From the NCBI GenBank assembly GCA_040285855.1, contig JAUFOQ010000016.1:3286001-3350000 (forward strand): a stretch of DNA of 64,000 nt, given 5' to 3'. How positions within the stretch are numbered: the first letter of the stretch is position 1; every line of letters starts with the position of its first letter. This document shows, one piece after another, positions 10,326 to 23,452 of this stretch. The notes beneath the pieces are model-generated. The model had not been told where the DNA came from and searched no databases. It worked only from the letters and a program-made list of their open reading frames with translations. This DNA is from Eukaryota sp. GEM-RC1. Lineage: Eukaryota. The translations under genes were made by a program, and so were the position numbers.

Positions 10326-12640
10326 TAGGGGTGTACAAGACTCGAGTCGGACTCAGCTATTGTAAGTCTGAGTCTGAGTCCGACTCACCGTATCTGAGTC
10401 TGAGTCTGAGTCCGACTCACCGTATCTGAGTCTGAGTCTGAATCCCACTCATAATATCTGAGTCTGAGTCTGAGCTTGAGTTTCACATCATAAACAATCT
10501 TTATTAAGTACATTATTAACCATTATTATTCTACTGTCCACCGCTTAAGACAGACACATGCTTCAACATTTAAATCTGTTAGACGTGATCTGTCAGGAGC
10601 CACAACTCTTCCAGCTTGTGAAAAAAAAGACTCAGAAGCTACATTAGAGGCTTGAACTGATAGTGCAATTCGAGATGTTCTTGCAAGTGTAGGGAACTTT
10701 GATTCATTAAGTTTCCACCACATCAAAGGATCTTGGTCCATTTCAATCAGTCCATCACTGAGATAGATATCAAGTTCATCTAACTCAGTTAATTATTCTT
10801 CGTTACGAACACATACTTTTTTTCTTGCAAGCTCTTTCATTAGAGATTTTCCTTGAGGGTTGTTCTGCGATTCTTCTGTACTTACTGCAAGACTTCCCAC
10901 TTTGGATTCAATAAACTCCCTCATTGAACCCTTCAGCATCTCTTCATTCTCAATGTAACAACTTGGTAGGAAGTTCTGATTGTTTTTGAATCTAGGATCC
11001 AACACAAGACCGACATATCCTGCAAAATCGAACACACTTCTGTCACTTCGACGTCCACTGATATACTGCGTAAACTTTTCCAACACTTTTGATGATACGG
11101 CAGAAATAAAACCAGATTCACGTCCTTCTACAGGATCGCAAATTACTTTAAGCTTTTCCCATAATAAATTGAACAAAGTTAAACCTACGGACACAGTAAC
11201 GGTAGACCTTGAAGAACAAATTTCAGTTAACTCATAGAAATCAGATAACAAGAAGATCAACAGCTGATGAAGATCTTCTCTTTCAGAAATGGTGAGTTTC
11301 AAATGCATCAACTTGTTGTCATTGAAAATCATATGATCTACAATGTCTATCAATTGGCTGTACCTTTCTAGCATCATGAAGGACGAATTCCATCTTGTTG
11401 AAACATCAACAATCATGGAGGAGGTTTCAAGTCCTTCCAACTTGCATCTATCAGAAATACGTTCCCTCAAGTCTGAGCTTCTGTGTGATCTGACACAAAA
11501 TTCTCTAATTGTTTTGACGAAAAAGAACCCTGATCTTCAAGAAAATTTGGAGTACTTCTGAATAATTGGTTGAGGGCAAGGTGAAGAACATACGCCAAAC
11601 ATCTTCTATGATAAACAATACCAGGTGTACCCAATAATTCCACAAATTTTGTTAAATCAATGTTTGAGACATTGTCTGAAGTTACAGAAAAAACTTTGTT
11701 CTCAAGTTTGAACTGTTATAGAACGTTTTTAAACTAGTATGTGGATGTTTAATTAACCCACAATCAAGGGTCTTAGTTTTGAGCCCAAAATTCGTATCGA
11801 TGTAATGCACAGTAACTCCCAAGAATGGAGTACCACCTTTGCTGGTCCAAATATCCAAAGTGAAATTGAGTAAAGAGTTGTCAATCATAACTTCAAGTTC
11901 ATTTCCAATACTTTCTTGTTTTTCCTTATATAGCAAAACTATATCTCGTTGGACAGTGTTTCGGCCAATTTCTTCATAGTTGGGACACAACCAATTCCTG
12001 ATTTTTCTGAACGAAGGACGTTCCACTTCTGAAAACGGATGACATCCATCAATGATGTATTCATTGATAAGTACACGAAGAAAGGACTGTTGTGCCTTAG
12101 TTAGTTTTTGCGGAATAGGTGAATGAGGGGACGCAAATGGCAAGATCGACTGAGTTTCAAAAGAAGGAGGAATACGATCACCCACATAGATGTTGTGGAT
12201 GTTTGCAAGATGTTTTGATAGAATCGAAGAACTAGTAGATAAAGAGAAGCTGCTTTGACAGTGATTACAAAATCTTCGGTCGGTGTTATCGACTACCATT
12301 ACAGTAAAATGATCATCTCTAAAGTGTTTGGACTTCTGACGACTTGAAGAAGATGGCATTAGGTTATGGAAGACAGCAAGGTTGTTGAAGAAAGAAAAGT
12401 GACACTATAAAAATCGTAAACTTCAAGTAAATTGCTGCAATTTTCCATTGAATGAATACCATGTTATGATTTATTATAAATAAGATAATTTTATATGAAA
12501 TACCTGAGTCTGAGTCTGAGTCGGACTTAAGGATTGTGAGTCTGAGTCTGAGTCTGACTCGGGGGTTGTGAGTCTTGGCCTGAGTCTGAGTCTAGACTCA
12601 GCTCGAGTCTAAACTTGAGTCGAGTTTTTGTACAGCCCTA
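10326..12640 (-). mobile_element. hAT DNA transposon, copy 2 (type A end)
   Basis: Same TIRs and TSD GTGATTAC. Confidence 0.95.
10526..12359 (-). pseudogene. hAT transposase pseudogene
   Basis: Same motifs, fragmented ORFs. Confidence 0.92.
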
Positions 12641-13047
12641 GTGATTACTGTGGATGTTTGCAAAAAAAGGGCTTTTAAGGATGCTAACAATGTGTCTCCA
12701 CTTAATTTTTCAGAACAATACAAGAGAATCAAATATCATGTTCCCTTGACTACTCTCAAACATTCTAGACATGTTGAGTACGAATTATGTCCTTTTGACA
12801 TTTCAATTTATGGTCGACTTGGTAAAGAAGCTCTTTGTTTTCTCTGATGTTGAGATAGTTGTAAAAAAAGAATGAACAAGAAATTTGACTTTAAGTTTTG
12901 CTTGACTTGTATTGTTCATCAAAGGATTTGGCTTACATCTAGATTGAAGACGTTTCCTTTATTGCACCTTTTGAGACTATACGAGCAATTTCTGCAGAAG
13001 CTGCCACTTTGAATGAAGAGATTGGTTTAAATCTAAATATTGAAAAG

Positions 13048-14310
13048 AACGGATTTATGTGCGGAGAAAAACAGATAATAAGATACAAATAAATCAACAC
13101 TATTAAAACAAATTATCAAACGAACTACCTAATTCCGAAAAGTAGTTGCCTCCAAACAACTTGGACAAAATGGAATCAACATATCTATACATAGACTTAA
13201 AAATCGAACCGAAATTTCCAATGAAACTGCAAAAGGCTGAAAGACGATATTATTGTGTCTTCGTGAATTCAATGCAGCAACTTGATGTCCGTACTTAGAC
13301 ACTTTGGCGTTCTCAGCGTCTTTCAGCGGATCATTTGAGGGATTCAAAATGTTGGCAATAGCTGAAGCTTTGCAAGGATCAACAGTCGTAAAATCAACAA
13401 CAATTTCTTGGCATGACAACCAAGGGCCAATAAAATCACCACGTTTCTGAGTAGAATCAGGGTGATCTGAGAGATGAGAAAGTAATGGTTCGACTTTGCC
13501 ATGGAAACCATTCGCCTTAAACATTTCCAAACATGTATCTCGAAGACTGTTGTGCAAAATTGAACGACAATATATGAACTTTGAACAATTGACCAAATGA
13601 TGAAAGCTAGCCTTATGTTTGTTTTTACAGATACACGTGCTGTTCTGTAACAAACCAAATGGCCAAAAACCTAAACGAAGTCTCATGCTAACAAGCCATT
13701 CATGATCTTTTAGATTAAAAATAAATTTCCCTGGCAATTGAGTAATGAAAGTAGATGCTGAATCACTACTCATGTCTTGTAAAAATGCACAGAAAGCGGG
13801 ACTTTTAACTTTAGCCAAGCTAATGCAGTTAGTATAGTCCAAGCTCTCATGAAAAGATACAAATTTCTTCTGAAATTTTCTAACACCAAGAGGAAGGGAA
13901 AAAAGCGTACGTTGAGGTGTTTCCGTCACAGATGCAGGGAACAAGGATTCCCAAACATCAGGGTTCATACCATCTACAAGATTTTGAAGTGATATAAGCC
14001 ATTGACAAGGCGAATATCGAATGAGATCTTCATTAGACCAAAGTAAGGGATAACGTAACTTAAATTCATACAGCAGATTCTTCAAACATCCTAAAAAGGC
14101 ACCTTCACGCATATAACGAGCTTTGGAAAACCAATTCCACCAAATCTCACAGCAGCAAATGAATGACGATGAATGGAAAGTTTTTTCGACTCTACCAGCT
14201 CTGACAAAAACTCTGTTCTCAGAGCGTTAAAACGACGAGAAAGGTCTACCGTAAGCTCAGGAGGTAACCCACGTAAAAAATGATTGACTTTACCTGCAAA
14301 ACAAACTTGC
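13048..14310 (-). mobile_element. CRE-like fragment (family A), copy 2
   Basis: ORF 13129-14112 (327 aa) with knuckle and RLE motifs; same junctions as copy 1. Confidence 0.85.
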
Positions 14311-14737
14311 GATGTTTGCAAAAAAAGGGCATTTAAGGATGCTAACAATGTGTCTCCACTTGATTTTTTCAGAACAATACAAGAGAAACAAATATGATGT
14401 TCCCTTGACTACTCTCAAACATTCTAGACATGTTGAGTACGAATTATGTCCTTTTGCCATTTCGATTTATGGTCGACTTGGTAAAGAAGCTCTTTGTTTT
14501 CTCTGATGTTGAGATAGTTGTAAAAAAAAGAACATCTAGATTGAAGAGGTTTCCTTTATTGCATTTTTTGAGACTATACGAGCATTTTCTGCAGAAGCTG
14601 ACACTTTGAATGAAGAGATTGGTTTAAATCTAAATATTGAAAAGTGTTTCGTTATAGGAAAAGAACCTAATTTATTAACAATTCGTTCAATTGAAGTACA
14701 TTTTATTAATTATCTTTCTGATTTCTTGATTGTTTTT

Positions 14738-15224
14738 GGGGTCGGGTAAATACAACACGTAAATACACCATCTCAGATTCTCTTCGATCCTAAATTGTGT
14801 TTATGATACATGGAGTTATACTCTACACAGTTGTACAAGTGCTACAACAAGTAAGTGATCTGATGGAGATATTCAGTACACGTTCGTGGACCTCCATTCA
14901 GTTATATTCCAGGGACTATTTAGAATGAAAAACGACCAGCATAGATGCTCTTCTTATGTAAGGGAAGACTTCATTCACTTGTAATCATAGTGTTCTTAGT
15001 TTGTTGAACAAGAAGGCTCCTAGGCAGGAGGTACGACTCAAAATAATTTCCGAACATTTTGTTAAACAAAGAGGAGTGGGATCAGATGAAGCAAAACAAC
15101 GCTCTTTGAACTCATTTTATAGACCACATCATTAGAACATCACTATTATGTTGACGAAGATAGGTACAAACTGCATTGAAGTAAATGGGGATGGTGTATT
15201 TAGGTGGTGTATTTACCCGCCCCC
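14738..15224. mobile_element. Merlin-like non-autonomous TIR element (487 bp)
   Basis: Imperfect ~37-bp TIRs with GGGG termini, 8-bp TSD TTGTTTTT, interrupts the family C reading frame. TIR element is well supported; the Merlin assignment is tentative. Confidence 0.72.
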
Positions 15225-15323
15225 TTGTTTTTTTTGGTAAAAAGGAGAATATTGTCAAAAATCTTGATGATTATCTGATTTAGACTCAACAAGAGTGGGA
15301 TAAAATGAACGTTCTTGAAATTA

Positions 15324-15372
15324 GAGAGAATTATTTATTCTAAAAGTAATAGACAACAACACTACAGTGTAA
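15324..15372 (-). mobile_element. 49-bp insert between 13-bp direct repeats, probable 3' tip of a retroelement (in all units)
   Basis: GTTCTTGAAATTA at 15311-15323 and 15373-15385; minus strand of the insert ends AATAAATAATTCTCTC. Confidence 0.55.
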
Positions 15373-16106
15373 GTTCTTGAAATTAAAAACACTTAACGTT
15401 CTTCATGCTCTAAATTTGCTATTCTGGTTTTAATCAATTTGAAGGACAGATGTTCAGTTGCTTTGATTAACCAAATTCGACAGATTTATGAATTGTTGTC
15501 CAAAGATCTTCAATGGATCACAACATTTTAGGACTTGTATTCATGATGCTGTCATAGATCAAATTCGTGCAATGTGTAAGTCCCACAAAATCGAATCTTT
15601 GAAATCAATAATTAAAAAATAGTGATTCTGATAAAAGTTTTGGTAGAGAACGGCTGACGTCATGGTTCCATCGGTCAATGATGAACTAACGGCTGATGAT
15701 GTGATTACTGTGGATGTTTGCAAAAAAAGGGCATTTAAGGATGCTAACAATGTGTCTCCACTTGATTTTTCAGAACAATACAAGAGAAACAAATATCATG
15801 TTCCCTTGACTACTCTCAAACATTCTAGACATGTTGAGTACGAATTATGTCCTTTGCCATTTCAATTTATGATCGACTTGGTAAAGAAGCTCTTTGTTTT
15901 CTCTGATGTTGAGATAGTTGTAAAAAAAGAATGAACAAGAAATTTGACTTTAAGTTTTGCTTGACTTGTATTGTTCATCAAAGGATTTGGCTTACATCTA
16001 GATTGAAGACGTTTCCTTTATTGCACCTTTTGAGACTATACGAGCAATTTCTGCAGAAGCTGCCACTTTGAATGAAGAGATTGGTTTAAATCTAAATATT
16101 GAAAAG

Positions 16107-17369
16107 AACGGATTTATGTGCGGAGAAAAAAACATAATAAGATACAAATAAATCAACACTATTAAAACAAATTATCAAACGAACTACCTAATTCCGAAAA
16201 GTAGTTGCCTCCAAACAACTTGGACAAAATGGAATCAACATTTCTATACATAGACTTAAAAATCGAACCGAAATTTCCAATGAAACTGCAAAAGGCTGAA
16301 AGACGATATTATTGTGTCTTCGTGAATTCAATGCAGCAACTTGATGTCCGTACTTAGACACTTTGGCGTTCTCAGCGTCTTTCAGCGGATCATTTGAGGG
16401 ATTCAAAATGTTGGCAATAGCTGAAGCTTTGCAAGGATCAACAGTCGTAAAATCAACAACACTTTCTTGGCATGACAACCAAGGGCCAATAAAATCACCA
16501 CGTTTCTGAGTAGAATCAGGGTGATCTGAGAGATGAGAAAGTAATGGTTCGACTTTGCCATGGAAACCATTCGCCTTAAACATTTCCAAACATGTATCTC
16601 GAAGACTGTTGTGCAAAATTGAACGACAATATATGAACTTTGAACAATTGACCAAATGATGAAAGCTAGCCTTATGTTTGTTTTTACAGATACACGTGCT
16701 GTTCTGTAACAAACCAAATGGCCAAAAACCTAAACGAAGTCTCATGCTAACAAGCCATTCATGATCTTTTAGATTAAAAATAAATCTCCCTGGCAATTGA
16801 GTAATGAAAGTAGATGCTGAATCACTACTCATGTCTTGTAAAAATGCACAGAAAGCGGGACTTTTAACTTTAGCCAAGCTAATGCAGTTAGTATAGTCCA
16901 AGCTCTCATGAAAAGATACAAATTTCTTCTGAAATTTTCTAACACCAAGAGGAAGGGAAAAAAGCGTACGTTGAGGTGTTTCCGTCACAGATGCAGGGAA
17001 CAAGGATCCCCAAACATCAGGGTTCATACCATCTACAAGATTTTGAAGTGATATAAGCCATTGACAAGGCGAATATCGAATGAGATCTTCTTTAGACCAA
17101 AATAAGGGATAACGTAACTTAAATTCATACAGCAGATTCTTCAAACATCCTAAAAAGGCACCTTCACGCATATAATGAGCTTTGGAAAACCAATTCAACC
17201 AAATCTCACAGCAGCAAATGAATGACGATGAATGGAAAGTTTTTTCGACTCTACCAGCTCTGACAAAAACTCTGTTCTCAGATCGTTAAAACGACGAGAA
17301 AGGTCTACCGTAAGCTCAGGAGGTAATCCACGTAAAAAATGATTGACTTTACCTGCAAAACAAACTTGC
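16107..17369 (-). mobile_element. CRE-like fragment (family A), copy 3
   Basis: ORF 16188-17198 (336 aa), same motifs and junctions. Confidence 0.85.
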
Positions 17370-17860
17370 GATGTTTGCAAAAAAAGGGCATTTAAGGATG
17401 CTAACAATGAAGTGTCTCCACTTGATTTTTCAGAACAATACAAGAGAAACAAATATGATGTTCCCTTGACTACTCTCAAACATTCTAGACATGTTGAGTA
17501 CGAATTATGTCCTATTGCCATTTTAATTTATGGTCGACTTGGTAAAGAAGCTCTTTGTTTTCTCTGATGTTGAGATAGTTGTAAACAAAGAATGAACAAG
17601 AAATTTTACTTTAAGTTTTGCTTGACTTGTATTGTTCATCAAAGGATTTGGCTTACATACAGATTGAAGAGGTTTCCTTTATTGCATTTTTTGAGACTAT
17701 ACGAGCATTTTCTGCAGAAGCTGACACTTTGAATGAAGAGATTGGTTTAAATCTAAATATTGAAAAGTGTTTCGTTATAGGAAAAGAACCTAATTTATTA
17801 ACAATTCGTTCAATTGAAGTACATTTTATTAATTATCTTTCTGATTTCTTGATTGTTTTT

Positions 17861-18348
17861 GGGGTCGGGTAAATACAACACGTAAATACACCATCTCAGA
17901 TTCTCTTCGATCCTAAATTGTGTTTATGATACATGGAGTTATACTCTACACAGTTGTACAAGTGCTACAACAAGTAAGTGATCTGATGGAGATATTCAGT
18001 ACACGTTCGTGGACCTCCATTCAGTTATATTCCAGGGACTATTTAGAATGAAAAACGACCAGCATAGATGCTCTTCTTATGTAAGGGAAGACTTCATTCA
18101 CTTGTAATCATAGTGTTCTTAGTTTGTTGAACAAGAAGGCTCCTAGGCAGGAGGTACGACTCAAAATAATTTCCGAACATTTTGTTAAACAAAGAGGAGT
18201 GGGATCAGATGAAGCAAAACAACGCTCTTTGAACTCATTTTATAGACCACATCATTAGAACATCACTATTATGTTGACGAAGATAGGTACAAACTGCATT
18301 GGAAGTAAATGGGGATGGTGTATTTAGGTGGTGTATTTACCCGCCCCC
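17861..18348. mobile_element. Merlin-like TIR element
   Basis: Copy of 14738-15224. Confidence 0.7.
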
Positions 18349-18819
18349 TTGTTTTTTTTGGTAAAAAGGAGAATATTGTCAAAAATCTTGATGATTATCT
18401 GATTTAGACTCAACAAGAGTGGGATAAAATGAACGTTCTTGAAATTAGAGAGAATTATTTATTCTAAAAGTAATAGACAACAACACTACAGTGTAAGTTC
18501 TTGAAATTAAAAACACTTAACGTTCTTCATGCTCTAAATTTGCTATTCTGGTTTTAATCAATTTGAAGGACAGATGTTCAGTTGCTTTGATTAACCAAAT
18601 TCGACAGATTTATGAATTGTTGTCCAAAGATCTTCAATGGATCACAACATTTTAGGACTTGTATTCATGATGCTGTCATAGATCAAATTCGTGCAATGTG
18701 TAAGTCCCACAAAATCGAATCTTTGAAATCAATAATTAAAAAATAGTGATTCTGATAAGAACGGCTGACGTCATGGTTCCATCGGTCAATGATGAACTAA
18801 CGGCTGTTGATGTGATTAC

Positions 18820-21202
18820 TAGGGGTGTACAAGACTCGAGTCGGACTCAGCTATTGTAAGTCTGAGTCTGAGTCCGACTCACCGTATCTGAGTCTGAGTC
18901 TGAGTCGAACTCAACTAGTCTGAGTCTGAGTCCGACTCACCGTATCTGAGTCTGAGTCTGAATCCCACTCATAATATCTGAGTCTGAGTCTGAGCTTGAG
19001 TTTCACATCATAAACAATCTTTATTAAGTACATTATTAACCATTATTATTCTACTGTCCACCGCTTAAGACAGACACATGCTTCAACATTTAAATCTGTT
19101 AGACGTGATCTGTCAGGAGCCACAACTCTTCCAGCTTGTGAAAAAAAAGACTCAGAAGCTACATTAGAGGCTTGAACTGATAGTGCAATTCGAGATGTTC
19201 TTGCAAGTGTAGGGAACTTTGATTCATTAAGTTTCCACCACATCAAAGGATCTTGGTCCATTTCAATCAGTCCATCACTGAGATAGATATCAAGTTCATC
19301 TAACTCAGTTAATTATTCTTCGTTACGAACACATACTTTTTTTCTTGCAAGCTCTTTCATTAGAGATTTTCCTTGAGGGTTGTTCTGCGATTCTTCTGTA
19401 CTTACTGCAAGACTTCCCACTTTGGATTCAATAAACTCCCTCATTGAACCCTTCAGCATCTCTTCATTCTCAATGTAACAACTTGGTAGGAAGTTCTGAT
19501 TGTTTTTGAATCTAGGATCCAACACAAGACCGACATATCCTGCAAAATCGAACACACTTCTGTCACTTCGACGTCCACTGATATACTGCGTAAACTTTTC
19601 CAACACTTTTGATGCTACGGCAGAAATAAAACCAGATTCACGTCCTTCTACAGGATCGCAAATTACTTTAAGCTTTTCCCATAATAAATTGAACAAAGTT
19701 AAACCTACGGACACAGTAACGGTAGACCTTGAAGAACAAATTTCAGTTAACTCATAGAAATCAGATAACAAGAAGATCAACAGCTGATGAAGATCTTCTC
19801 TTTCAGAAATGGTGAGTTTCAAATGCATCAACTTGTTGTCATTGAAAATCATATGATCTACAATGTCTATCAATTGGCTGTACCTTTCTAGCATCATGAA
19901 GGACGAATTCCATCTTGTTGAAACATCAACAATCATGGAGGAGGTTTCAAGTCCTTCCAACTTGCATCTATCAGAAATACGTTCCCTCAAGTCTGAGCTT
20001 CTGTGTGATCTGACACAAAATTCTCTAATTGTTTTGACGAAAAAGAACCCTGATCTTCAAGAAAATTTGGAGTACTTCTGAATAATTGGTTGAGGGCAAG
20101 GTGAAGAACATACGCCAAACATCTTCTATGATAAACAATACCAGGTGTACCCAATAATTCCACAAATTTTGTTAAATCAATGCTTGAGACATTGTCTGAA
20201 GTTACAGAAAAACTTTGTTCTCAAGTTTGAACTGTTATAGAACGTTTTTAAACTAGTATGTGGATGTTTAATTAACCCACAATCAAGGGTCTTAGTTTTG
20301 AGCCCAAAATTCGTATCGATGTAATGCACAGTAACTCCCAAGAATGGAGTACCACCTTTGCTGGTCCAAATATCCAAAGTGAAATTGAGTAAAGAGTCAT
20401 CCCCTTTATTAAAAACATTAAAATAAAAGAGTAAAGAGTTGTCAATCATAACTTCAAGTTCATTTCCAATACTTTCTTGTTTTTCCTTATATAGCAAAAC
20501 TATATCTCGTTGGACAGTGTTTCGGCCAATTTCTTCATAGTTGGGACACAACCAATTCCTGATTTTTCTGAACGAAGGACGTTCCACTTCTGAAAACGGA
20601 TGACATCCATCAATGATGTATTCATTGATAAGTACACGAAGAAAGGACTGTTGTGCCTTAGTTAGTTTTTTGCGGAATAGGTGAATGAGGGGACGCAAAT
20701 GGCAAGATCGACTGAGTTTCAAAAGAAGGAGGAATACGATCACCCACATAGATGTTGTGGATGTTTGCAAGATGTTTTGATAGAATCGAAGAACTAGTAG
20801 ATAAAGAGAAGCTGCTTTGACAGTGATTACAAAATCTTCGGTCGGTGTTATCGACTACCATTACAGTAAAATGATCATCTCTAAAGTGTTTGGACTTCTG
20901 ACGACTTGAAGAAGATGGCATTAGGTTATGGAAGACAGCAAGGTTGTTGAAGAAAGAAAAGTGACACTATAAAAATCGTAAACTTCAAGTAAATTGCTGC
21001 AATTTTCCATTGAATGAATACCATGTTATGATTTATTATAAATAAGATAATTTTATATGAAATACCTGAGTCTGAGTCTGAGTCGGACTTAAGGATTGTG
21101 AGTCTGAGTCTGAGTCTGACTCGGGGGTTGTGAGTCTTGGCCTGAGTCTGAGTCTAGACTCAGCTCGAGTCTAAACTTGAGTCGAGTTTTTGTACAGCCC
21201 TA
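18820..21202 (-). mobile_element. hAT DNA transposon, copy 3 (type A end)
   Basis: Same TIRs and TSD GTGATTAC. Confidence 0.95.
19046..20921 (-). pseudogene. hAT transposase pseudogene
   Basis: Same motifs, fragmented ORFs. Confidence 0.92.
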
Positions 21203-21609
21203 GTGATTACTGTGGATGTTTGCAAAAAAAGGGCTTTTAAGGATGCTAACAATGTGTCTCCACTTAATTTTTCAGAACAATACAAGAGAATCAAATATCA
21301 TGTTCCCTTGACTACTCTCAAACATTCTAGACATGTTGAGTACGAATTATGTCCTTTTGACATTTCAATTTATGGTCGACTTGGTAAAGAAGCTCTTTGT
21401 TTTCTCTGATGTTGAGATAGTTGTAAAAAAAGAATGAACAAGAAATTTGACTTTAAGTTTTGCTTGACTTGTATTGTTCATCAAAGGATTTGGCTTACAT
21501 CTAGATTGAAGACGTTTCCTTTATTGCACCTTTTGAGACTATACGAGCAATTTCTGCAGAAGCTGCCACTTTGAATGAAGAGATTGGTTTAAATCTAAAT
21601 ATTGAAAAG

Positions 21610-22860
21610 AACGGATTTATGTGCGGAGAAAAACACATAATAAGATACAAATAAATAAACACTATTAAAACAAATTATCAAACGAACTACCTAATTCCGA
21701 AAAGTAGTTGCCTCCAAACAACTTGGACAAAATGGAATCAACATATCTATACATAGACTTAAAAATCGAACCGAAATTTCCAATGAAACTGCAAAAGGCT
21801 GAAAGACGATATTATTGTGTCTTCGTGAATTCAATGCAGCAACTTGATGTCCGTACTTAGACACTTTGGCGTTCTCAGCGTCTTTCAGCGGAATATTTGA
21901 GGGATTCAAAATGTTGGCAATTGCAAGGATCAACAGTCGTAAAATCAACAACAATTTCTTGGCATGACAACCAAGGGCCAATAAAATCACCACGTTTCTG
22001 AGTAGAATCAGGGTGATCTGAGAGATGAGAAAGTAATGGTTCGACTTTGCCATGGAAACCATTCGCCTTAAACATTTCCAAACATGTATCTCGAAGACTG
22101 TTGTGCAAAATTGAACGACAATATATGAACTTTGAACAATTGACCAAATGATGAAAGCTAGCCTTATGTTTGTTTTTACAGATACACGTGCTGTTCTGTA
22201 ACAAACCAAATGGCCAAAAACCTAAACGAAGTCTCATGCTAACAAGCCATTCATGATCTTTTAGATTAAAAATAAATCTCCCTGGCAATTGAGTAATGAA
22301 AGTAGATGCTGAATCACTACTCATGTCTTGTAAAAATGCACAGAAAGCGGGACTTTTAACTTTAGCCAAGCTAATGCAGTTAGTATAGTCCAAGCTCTCA
22401 TGAAAAGATACAAATTTCTTCTGAAATTTTCTAACACCAAGAGGAAGGGAAAAAAGCGTACGTTGAGGTGTTTCCGTCACAGATGCAGGGAACAAGGATT
22501 CCCAAACATCAGGGTTCATACCATCTACAAGATTTTGAAGTGATATAAGCCATTGACAAGGCGAATATCGAATGAGATCTTCATTAGACCAAAGTAAGGG
22601 ATAACGTAACTTAAATTCATACAGCAGATTCTTCAAACATCCTAAAAGGCACCTTCACGCATATAACGAGCTTTGGAAAACCAATTCCACCAAATCTCAC
22701 AGCAGCAAATGAATGACGATGAATGGAAAGTTTTTTCGACTCTACCAGCTCTGACAAAAACTCTGTTCTCAGAGCGTTAAAACGACGAGAAAGGTCTACC
22801 GTAAGCTCAGGAGGTAACCCACGTAAAAAATGATTGACTTTACCTGCAAAACAAACTTGC
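21610..22860 (-). mobile_element. CRE-like fragment (family A), copy 4
   Basis: ORFs 21691-22636; shares the 11-bp deletion of copy 1. Confidence 0.85.
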
Positions 22861-23452
22861 AGTGTTTGCAAAAAAAGGGCTTTTAAGGATGCTAACAATG
22901 TGTCTCCACTTGATTTTTCAGAACAATACAAGAGAAACAAATATGATGTTCCCTTGACTACTCTCAAACATTCTAGACATGTTGAGTACGAATTATGTCC
23001 TATTGCCATTTTAATTTATGGTCGACTTGGTAAAGAAGCTCTTTGTTTTCTCTGATGTTGAGATAGTTGTAAAAAAAGAACATCTAGATTGAAGAGGTTT
23101 CCTTTATTGCACCTTTTGAGACTATACGAGCATTTTCTGCAGAAGCTGACACTTTGAATGAAGAGATTGGTTTAAATCTAAATATTGAAAAGTGGTTTGT
23201 TATAGGAAAAGAACCTAATTTATTAACAATTCGTTCAATTGAAGTACCTTTTATTAATTATCTTCCTGATTTCTTGATTGTTTTTGGGGTCGGGTAAATA
23301 CAACACGTAAATACACCATCTCAGAATCTCTTCGATCCTAAATTGTGTTTATGATACATGGAGTTATACTCTACACAGTTGTACAAGTGCTACAACAAGT
23401 AAGTGATCTGATGGAGATATTCAGTACACGTTCGTGGACCTCCATTCAGTTA

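Noticed and set aside
10793..10795. Alternative genetic code (TAA/TAG as sense) explaining shared in-frame stops in the hAT
   Set aside because: The 574-aa MULE ORF has no internal TAA/TAG and ends at TAA beside AATAAA; the hAT also has frameshifts, so ordinary decay is sufficient.
15701..15708. Precise hAT excision at empty sites
   Set aside because: A linked 13-bp segment and SNP absent from all filled units indicate a pre-insertion haplotype.
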